A stretch of DNA of 64,000 nucleotides, from positions 19,220,001 through 19,284,000 of the forward strand of contig OZ365116.1 of the NCBI GenBank assembly GCA_977030845.1, given 5' to 3'. The DNA is from Fimbriosthenelais zetlandica. Its lineage: Eukaryota. Made by a program: the position numbers and the translations under genes. The notes under the pieces are model-generated. The model did not search any database, was not told where the DNA came from, and saw nothing but the letters and a program-made list of their open reading frames with translations. This document shows positions 50,280 to 60,400 of this stretch, one piece after another. How positions within the stretch are numbered: the first letter of the stretch is position 1; the number at the start of each line of letters is the position of its first letter.

Positions 50280-53200
50280 ATGGCTACTTTTGCTAAGTTA
50301 ATATGGGTTTTGCTGCTACCTTTAGTAGCTTATGCCCAGTATCATGCACCTGCTGTAGACCAATGTGTCTACAGTTTCACAATTAACCAGGCACAAATTG
50401 ACCAAGTCTGTGGGCCCAGGTCCAGCCAACCTGCAGTTGGCATCACAGATGCCATGAAGGCTGAATATGCCAAGATTAAAGCAGAAAACCAAGCTTTAAA
50501 AGATACTGTGGATAAATTGAGAGAGGATTATGAGTCTATGGTGGCTGGAGTGCTTAAGATTGAACAGGAAACTGCTGGGTGGAGGGAGGTGGTCGCGTGG
50601 CCAAACGTGGAACCATCCCTGAAACCAGATAATTCAACCTTGATCACCGTCGACGACCCTGCTTATGCTGGTGAGTACCATCTTTATTCATATTTTGAGG
50701 TTTATAATGAGATATGGGGCTATGGTTCTACTTTGGATAGTTTCGAATATGATTGACAATTCAGTTTCTCTTTGATACCAGTGTTTCTGAAGAAATTAGT
50801 TTCTGGTCTAGTTTCTGGTTTGACATAGGAAGTAGAAGGTATTTTCAAGATTATTAGGCAACTTGGAGAATCTCAATCCGCTTATAGAATCATGTACTAT
50901 ATCAAGGTGAATCACTGTAGACATACGAATAGCGATACAGATGTGTAGGCTGTCAAAGGATATATTTCCTGCCCCTATCAAAATGTTTTTAACAAGCAAA
51001 AGGGATGAAAATGTAGAGCTAGCACCATGCTCGTGGAACAAACAAAAGCTTTTAAACATTTTTGCTCATTCCTCAGAGGGAATTGTCTTGTCAGATGTTA
51101 AGTCCCTCTTGACACGACACAGGCTCTCGGTCACAGAACCTTTTTACCCCTTTGGCCGTCATTTGATTTCCTCTATTAACACCCTCTACCGGTATTTCAC
51201 TGCACCTCAGTACGACCTGTAGGGATCAGGTTTCAAACGCTGAAGGCAAGACCCAGAATCCCTATAGAACGCCCCTTATTTATAACGACTCGTAGGAATA
51301 TTGATTAATGTAATAATCCCATTTTTGAGAACAAAGATCTAACTCGGAGCCAATAATTAGAACGCTTTCATCATGGAATGAGTAAAAGATTGTTGGGGTT
51401 GGAGATTTAGTCGATGGAAACATTAGCATATAGCCACATTTACCACATTTCCGTTTGGGATTGGTTCACCATGTACGTTTTTTTCCCGTACGTGATGGAA
51501 TGGTTATTTTTTCACCCCTTAGCCTATGCATCAAAACAGATGACAAAAAAGGCCTTCGGTAACATTTGATGTCATGGTTTGTACTGTCTACATTAGGAAA
51601 TGGCAATAAATCAAATACTTAGAAAGTTGGGTTACCACTTCAAGATAAAAGTGCAAAGGGTAAATATTTTTGTACAGATAAGGATTTAGGGATTTTATAA
51701 AGACCCACAAGACGCTTTCAAGGGAAATACTTTTTTTGGTGTGTGTTAAAAAGTTATTTCTTGTCCATGAAAAGTCATCTTGACTATAATGAATGATCTT
51801 TATTTGGTTTAATCAGTTGAACAAATATAAAATATCCCATTGTGTCAGTTTAATTGGTGGAATAGGCATAAAATAACCCATTGTGACAGTTTAATTGGGG
51901 GAATAGGCATAAAATAACGCATTGTGACATTTTAATTGGAGGAATAGGCATAAAATAGCCCATTGTGACAGTTTAATTGGGGGAATAGGCATAAAATGAC
52001 CCAATGCCCATATATTATATCCCGGTTAAATCTATAATGTGACTTTCAGATTGCTGGGATGCCTGGATTTCTGGTCATAAGAAGGCAGGCGTATACAAGA
52101 TACAAACAGAGGATGCCATCATTCCTTTCTATGCTTTCTGTGACAAGGAAGGATGGATGGTGTTCCAGAGGCGGTTTGATGGCAAAGAGAGCTTCCACAG
52201 GTGTGTAATAATAACATACTTTTACAAGAAATTCTACAAATAATAACTGAAGTCGCATTTTCATTCTTCAGTCTTGTTAATTACAATTGCCTTATGTTTA
52301 TTTTTGTGATACAGGAGCTGGGACGACTATAGTAAAGGTTTTGGAGATCTGATTGGAGAGTTTTACATGGGAAATGAGCCCATCCACATGGTCACTGCCC
52401 AGCGTCCATACGAGCTACGTGTGGAATTAGTTGGTTGGAACAGCAAAGTCTACCACAGCAATTATGACGACTTCTTTGTAAGTATAGGCTACGTCTTCCT
52501 TTCCTCTAACAACTTTAGCCAAGATGCGGGTGCTCAGTAGTTGTACTGTCAAAAGTGTGATAATTTAGAGATATTTGGTTCATATTTTTAGGTAATTAAA
52601 CAGTTTAGGGGACCACGACATCTAGTCTGATTAAAACTGGACATGTAGGGATGGTTTGTGGGGTTGGTTGCTTCCAGAGAGGTAGAGACTGAGGATGTGG
52701 CACTGTCCTCGGAATTAACATCCAAAAATAGACTGCACTTGACATGGTTCATTGTTCCTTTGTCGCTAGCAGGTAGTCTGCTTCACTGCCACTTGTCCAG
52801 TCTGACTTACAAATAGGTCGTGAAAGCCATCCAGGCCATATAACACCATCCCAATTTGTTACTATTGCTGAAATATTAAATTCTAATTTCCTTATGCGAT
52901 ATTCATTGCAGATCGGAGGAGAAACTGACGAATATGACCTCAATGTTGGAAACATGACAAAAGGCAATTACTTTGACGTGCTTACTGATCTGAATGGTGT
53001 GGGCTTCACGGCGCGGGATCATGACAATGACCAGTGGTACTCGGCTAACTGTGCTGACTATTACCGGGGCGGATTCTGGCTCACCAACTGTGGCTTTGAT
53101 TTACACCGTGACTGGTGTGACGGCGCAGGCTGCATGTCATGGGGCAGCAAGACCATGAAGAAATCACAGCTGAAAATCAGACCCATGGAAGCCAAAAATG

Positions 53201-53367
53201 GAGGCTCCAAAAATGTACTGAGGCCACCCATAGAGAACCCAGTGGAGGAGGTCCCTAACGTCATCGAGGTCCCAGAGAATTTCCCAGAACTACCAGAAGA
53301 GGAGGAGAAGGAGGATTACCCCGAGGAGGAGGACGACGACTACTTTGACTACTATGATACTCTATAG
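50280..53367 (+). CDS. Gene B: secreted fibrinogen-related domain protein (FReP; angiopoietin/ficolin/tenascin-like), 386 aa, 4 exons
   Basis: Exons 50280-50670 (signal peptide, CVYSF motif, coiled coil), 52050-52200 (DC…GVYKI…FCD…GWMVFQRRFDG), 52315-52477 (WDDYSKGFGDL.GEF…ELRVEL), 52912-53367 (FTARDHDND…NCA…GGFW…KIRP plus acidic tail). GT-AG introns, phases 1,2,0, total 1161 nt. Confidence 0.92.
51836..51999. repeat. Minisatellite, 4 copies of a 41-bp unit, in FReP intron 1
   Basis: Unit CCCATTGTGACAGTTTAATTGGGGGAATAGGCATAAAATAA repeated four times with few substitutions. Confidence 0.95.
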
Positions 53368-54449
53368 TTTATTAACCAAGGCCCAGTTTTTATTTCCATA
53401 ATTAATTTGGCGACATTTGCCAACAAATAGAAAGACTTAAAGTATATTTACAGAAGATAAAATGTTACACATAGGGACCAGAATATATTGTGAACTATTT
53501 GGATTTCTTTGAAAATTTAAGATTATGAATTGGAATCAGATGTAAAGTAATATTGATTAATAGGAAACATTGATTAATAGGAATTTCAAAATTCTTATGA
53601 ACCCTGCCATTAAAAACTGACATCAAGAAGTAAAACATTGAGAAGTATAATTGTTATGGCCTGATTTTTATTTTCGATTTGACGTCGCATGATCGCGGTT
53701 GCTTGCTCAGTTTTTGTTTGGAACACTGCCTCCAACCCCCCTTCCCCCGCCCCCCCCCGTAGCACCCCCTATCCCATACACACATTGTAGGCCTACTTCT
53801 TTGGGCATTGCCCGCTGAATGATTCCAATAGTAGGCACCATTCATTTTACCTGTTGAGGTTTTACCCACTAATCAATATTGTAAACGCCACTGTGTTTAA
53901 ACTTGAATTAAAACTTACGAGTATTTAATTCTCTGCCTATCCATGGCATGCCGTCACTGACTACCCTCAATGATTCCTCTCATTCATTATATTCTAGGTG
54001 TGAATGTTGTTGCTGCAACGTTCTAATCAAAGGAAACTATATTATTTAAAACACGTTGTAAGATAATATTTATTTGGATAAGCCTAGCTATACGAGATTT
54101 ATTTTTTATCCGCCCATTGTTTTCCATAAGAATAGAAAGGTCCCAAAGTACAATACGCACTCATACGGATTCATATAACATGATTGTCAGATATGTCTTT
54201 GTTTGAAGAACTAAGAAAGACATTCATTTATAAGTTATTTGGTTAGATCCAATGTTGTTCTCCAAGACATATGTCCTGTATCTGTAGACATCGTGCCTCG
54301 ATGTTGGCCTGAATATCCATGATTACTTTCCATGTAGTAATGGATTATATAATGGTGAATTATGGAAGAGTATCCTCACAGCGACTAAGATGAAGTAAAG
54401 GAGAGGAGAAGGGCTGTGGTTTTGCCAGGTTCCCACATTGTATATACTA

Positions 54450-57400
54450 TCAAGTGGTGTCGATCACATGGTTTATCCATGAGGTTGAGTGGCCCACTTT
54501 AGAGTAGACTCCAGGGTAACCTTTTAGACCACAGCCAATATTCCACGATACTACTCCCACTTGGTACCACTGCCCGTATCGTCGGCACACCAAAGGCCCG
54601 CCTGAGTCTCCCTGGAAAAAAAGACCAGCATAGAAATAAACCTAAACTCTTAGAACATTTTTTTTTTTACAGAAATGAATATAAATCCCTGGTATTATCT
54701 TATAACTGAGGATGAGAATTTGTACCCATTTTTGTGAACTTAGTTCACCATTTTATCTCACTTGCTGCATCACAGTATTTGTGATGGATAGGGTGTGCAG
54801 CACTTGAGGCAATGTAAGACTAACATTACCTATAGCTGCTTCACTGTGTGGGCGTTATTGACCAGAGAACAAAGTAGTTTTACCTGTTTTAATCACAAGG
54901 AAATTGCTTGATATATATGTTTAGTTCCTTCTTGGAGGAAAGTAAGTAAGCGGAAGTTAATGGAGTTTGATAGGAGCAGGAAGAGAGAGGGTCTAGTTTC
55001 AGAAACCTAAATTAAATAATGTGTGCATGTCTCAAAAGGAATTCTCTATATGTGCAGAGAGGTTCTCGTATACATGAAATCTAATTAAGATGATATTGCT
55101 TAGACTTAATGTCACTGGATAGACCATTTTATTACATTAATGCCATGAAAAGAACTCCTTGCTCTATGATCTAGATCTTGCCAATATTGCAGTATGGAGC
55201 AGTTGAACCTGTGATCATATAGACTAGTCACGACATATGTCTTGCTCATATTGAATATACATTTGCTTCAACATTCAAAAAGAGAAGCCTTCGGTCAGTG
55301 ATCAGCTGATTAGTGAGCCTAGCTCTATCCCCATGTACCCGGATGTCATCAGAGAGTCCTGAACTCCACTTCCGGCATGTCCTCCATGCTGCATTCCCAC
55401 CTCCACATGCGGAGAGCTACAAGGCCCTCACAACCAGAGTAATACCCGTGGGTCTTGTTTTTTAGATCAGACCTGTTACAATGCTCTGTCAGCTATCTGA
55501 TACATGTAATACATCAAAGTATGCCGACTAAGATAAAACACGATGAAGAGCCATGGTCTCTTGAAAGCGATCACATGAAAAAGACTGAGAGGACCTCTTG
55601 ACAATTAGGCAGAGTGCTTGCATTGCCTCTGATGCATACACAAATGGTATTTCCAGACGAATATACTTATGTCCACTGATAAGGTTCGAAGCTCCATACT
55701 CTTTGCCAACAAGCTGTACCTTGTACTTAAGTTACCATAAAACTTAAATGCCTTTATTGGTTCTGTGTACCAATTATGAGGGGTCTGGGGTCAGGTTGGG
55801 GGGTGGGAGGACTGACAAGGATTGACATTGTTGTAGATGTTTTAGGGGGTAATATCAATAGTCAGTGGGGGTTGGGGGAAGGAAGCAGTGGTTGGATCAT
55901 GAAGGGGGTAGTGGTGTAGCATCCGCTCACCATACGGGGCTCTTGTTTGATCAGCATGCAGAAGTTCCTCCGATGAATTGATTTAGCACTCAGGCCGAAG
56001 AAGTACAGCTCCCCACTACCATTTGCTCTGCTACCTCTAGGCCTTATTTAGAGAGGTGTGAATAAATACCGAACACTTGTGACCAGAGATTGGCATATAT
56101 CGACACAGCCATACAGATTCGTTCATATCGCACTTTATGTGCCGACTCCAGCACCACTGCTATGGCCGAGGGCAAGCTGGCAAGGGCGTGGTCGATGACT
56201 GTTGGAGTTCCACCTATATCATATACATGACTTATATTGGATTCTAGGCCTATTTTTGGATCAGGAAGTTTTCAGGTTGGGGAAATGCAAGTGTGTATGT
56301 CAGGAAAGTGTGCTGACATTTGACTCTTATCTAAATGAATGGTGAATGGGACAGTAATAACATAGAGTTCTGTTAGTTCCACTTCATACAAGGTTCCCCG
56401 ACCAAGGTCACAAGTCAAGAGCCATGTGTGTAAATATTATATTTACAACCCATCAACATTGCTTCACACATGTGTAAATGTACTATGTTCTCCCGATGCT
56501 GACATTTACATAACATTGACCTGGAATTGTTACTTTCCGGCTAGGGTGTGGGTTATCTATGTAGACCTCAGTGTTGCTTTGTATTCTAGTACTCATATTA
56601 AGACCTTCTTCCATTGATAATGTACTGTAACTTACCGTACAGGAATCCTTGCCACCCTCGGGTATGGCAGCACATAACATGTCAGCTGAGATAACAAGAT
56701 GGCTGTACATCTTCTGACAGTCAGGGTTAGAGATGAGGGGTACAGAGACGTGATGAGGACGTTCAGGCGATCCTGTAATAGACAATCATTCTACTTTAAT
56801 CCATCCTATACCTCATTATAGTATATATAATTGAACTTCATTACATTCTTCTGTCTTTTTCTATAGAAATAGTAACTCACTGTGTCCATCAAATTTAATG
56901 CTGCCCCATCCCATGACTTCACAATGGTCAGTTGACCCGAAACTCTCGGCGTGTTCAGGCAGGCATACTGTGTTCACGTGATCTGAGATGCGCACTGGCT
57001 TAGCCAGCTTAATCAGCGCGATATCGTTGATATAATAGGATACATCTGTAAGTGATAAATAGGATACATCTGTAAGTGATAAATTGTGAAATATTGTTTA
57101 CACATCTTTTTCACGGTATTAACAAATCCAGTGGGGAAAGGTCAGGGGGTAAGATCTGTAAAAGGAGGGAGGTGACAGCCTAAAAATATACTATTATTAA
57201 AGCGACAGATCTGAAAGGTGCTATACGGTAAAAACCTCAGTATCTAGTAAGGACCTCGGTATCTAGTATAAAATCATGTCAGGTTTATATATGATAACTC
57301 ACTGTAATCTGAACGTCCGCCTGACCAGCTCACATCCACCTCATACTCAGTATCCTCCAGCGTCCATTGACTGTGGTCCCCCAGGCGCACGCGCACTGAC

Positions 57401-60400
57401 TTCAGGAAGTCAGGATCTGACCAGAGGGTGTAGTCCCGGGTAAAGTTACCATTCACCACACCATATATCCTGTATATTAAAATGGACTCCCAAATAGATA
57501 ATTATATATGACAAATTTATTTAGGGCACACACAGTGGAACAATAACGGTGGCAGTTATCCCTGCCACCGTTTGTGCACTGTAAAAAATCTTAGGATTTA
57601 GAAGAGTGTGATATGTGAATTCAGTGAAGTTTTATTAGAACTGCTATGAAGAACTTGTACGAAATTGAGTAAAAATGAAATTTGTGCTCACACGTTGAGG
57701 CAGTGGGCAGCAGTTAGTACCCACTGGGGATGTATAAGACTACCACCACATATATGTCTGTAGAAATCCTCTCCTGGCCACATCACCCTGACAGACACCA
57801 GCCAAGGCCAGGCTCCTGCCATGGACGGCACCCCTCCAACTACCCGCTTATATCGTGACCGCTTCTGCTGACCACACCTTTGAAGTACACCTTGAGAGAA
57901 ATGATAAAATAACCCATTCATAAATAGCCACATCTAGCTTATACTCTAAAGCCCATTACCATACAGCCCATCTTCATTGAGACCAGCTTTATAGGTCAGG
58001 TGAATCTCAGGATGACCAATTTCTCACTTGGTGGTTTCCTGGAAATGTCAGACTAATTTCGATAATCCCTTCTTGTATTAGGTGCACATCTATGAGAGCC
58101 AGCAAAACCAAGTTATATAACATAATATTTTCTTTTACGTGAAGAAATGCTGAGAATCCTGGATGCCAAGTACATCTCCTCAGCGATTGTTAATCTCTAA
58201 ACAATGACTCTTCATGCCATCAATATTCCGCCCATCTCAGGCAGGCAATTTACCGAGAACACACATCTTTGTTATTACCTCTATTGTCACAATCTCTTAC
58301 TGCTGATGTGGACCATTTCTTATTTAGCGATCGGCACACACATAGGCTTTTTGCGGGGATGGGGAATGACCAATAGAAGCTAGGAGTATAGAGTCAGATA
58401 TCTTGGATTTGAGTGAGACTGCTTACATTCAATTAAGATCACCCTGATATATATTTTTATTATTTTTCATGATAATGAAATATATTTGAATGATCTTACC
58501 TTGACCTGTTGCTGTAAAAGAAAGGAAATATATCATGTTATTGCATTACACATCAATAGGCAATATCATCGATATTTTGGCACCGTTATACGCCATATTT
58601 TACACAAACTCAGTTGAAAATTACTTACTGCAGCCAATGAATTGCAGTTTGATGTCTATTGCCCTGTAATTAGTCGATATCCCTGAGTCTTTCTGGACGG
58701 GGATGAGTCTGACACACTGGGCCCGTACTGGGTATGGTAAAGGCTGCCACACTGATTTATAAGGCACTGTTTTTATCCGAAAAACCTGAAAAGAATACAT
58801 TGTCTTAGACGTTCGTATAAGACACAGATATGTGTGTATGATACTATGTAATGCAGCTAGATATTATAATGTAACATGGATTTTAATCATAGATTGTCAG
58901 AAGCTTGCCTTACCATGGGATCCCCGAATCCTCGCTTCTCCCTGATGGGTTTCCAGACGTGACAATTTCTGGAATAAGTTATTATGTAGCGACTCACTTT
59001 AACTGAGGTTGTGATGTAGAAAACTGCTCCGAAAAACAAATGTTCTGTTGTGAACTGAAAGCAGGAAATCATGTTCTTTTATCAGTAGATTGTATTGCCT
59101 TTGCAGCCAGGTTTTTATGGTATTTAAAAAAAAAATAATTGCTTTCACATAGCATCAATTTTGAACCGGAGGGGGAACACTCAGGCTACGCCACGCTTCG
59201 TCCTCGGGTTCTCATCTCGAGCTTACCACCACCGACACTATCTACCTGTGTAGGCCTGCTACCTTATGTTGGAAGCGAAGGTAATGAGCAGTCACCTAGG
59301 CAGAGCAGTCACCTAGATATTATCTCTTTATGCCATAAATATAGGCTAACATGCATTGACTTTAGGGATGGCATGATGCTGTGCGCAGTACAGGGGTCGA
59401 CACTTTAATTGTTAGGGGTCTGAGGGACTGAGCGCCAGGAGAAATACATCACATGTTATTATCCTTCTTTACTTAAGAGTCATTCTTACTTTGAATTCTG
59501 CAAATCCAATGGTTCTGAGAGTTGGAACAGAACTTCTAGGCCACGATGAAGGGAACTGGTCTTCAGTGAAGTTGTGTGAGGTAGAATAATTGAAATGTTC
59601 ACTGGCTATATGTTGTATAACTGCTTCACGACATGCCCCCAAGCCTTCAACATAAGACAAGCATAATCTGTTATTCTAACCATTGTAATATAGAGACTAC
59701 AGTGACTATTAATAGCCTAGGAAATTGAATTCACTACGGTCATCATGCTTAGTTTAATCCCAATTTTATTTCTTAAAAACAATCATTAAATGTCGTAAGT
59801 CAGTTTCATGTTTCAGTTCTCGTACTCTCCTGTTCCCTTTACCAGCTAAAGCGAATTTTACATATAAAGCAGTCGGTAATGATTGCCTACCACATCCAAG
59901 AAGTTCCATACGCAGTGCTGTGTTGTTTCCATGGAAATCGTATGGTGTTATCCGGATACATCTAGCTACCAACACCTCAGGCAAGATGGTAGTCACCACG
60001 GAATTGCCATCAAAATTGCCATGGAAATGCTAGAATCAATGTAAAGAATTCTTAAGAAAGTCCCCTAGAAGCTATATAAACAATATACCTAAATGGACAT
60101 CAAGAACTGAACAAATCAATAGTTGAGTAGTGGATGGTAACTGACAAAGTTTCGATGTCGCCACAGCCAGCCAAATCTAACCCCTCCCCTACCCCCTTCT
60201 CAGTTTCAAGTCACCATATCCCACGGAAGTGTAAAAATATTACTGGCCTCATCCAATGCCTTCTTGGGGAGTAACTGAAACCCAACTTCCCCAAAACTTG
60301 GTAAACTTTTGCCTGCCCAAGTGGTGCTGACAGAAGGTTTAAGGCAGACTATGCCCTTGAAAAGATCATACTATATTATGTTGTCATAACCCAACATGGT

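Noticed and set aside
55780-55807. Canonical G-quadruplex motif (G4-3-G4-7-G6-1-G3) in the last intron of gene A
   Set aside because: The motif is real, but such G-runs occur several times in the window (13815, 48827, 53733) with no evidence of function.
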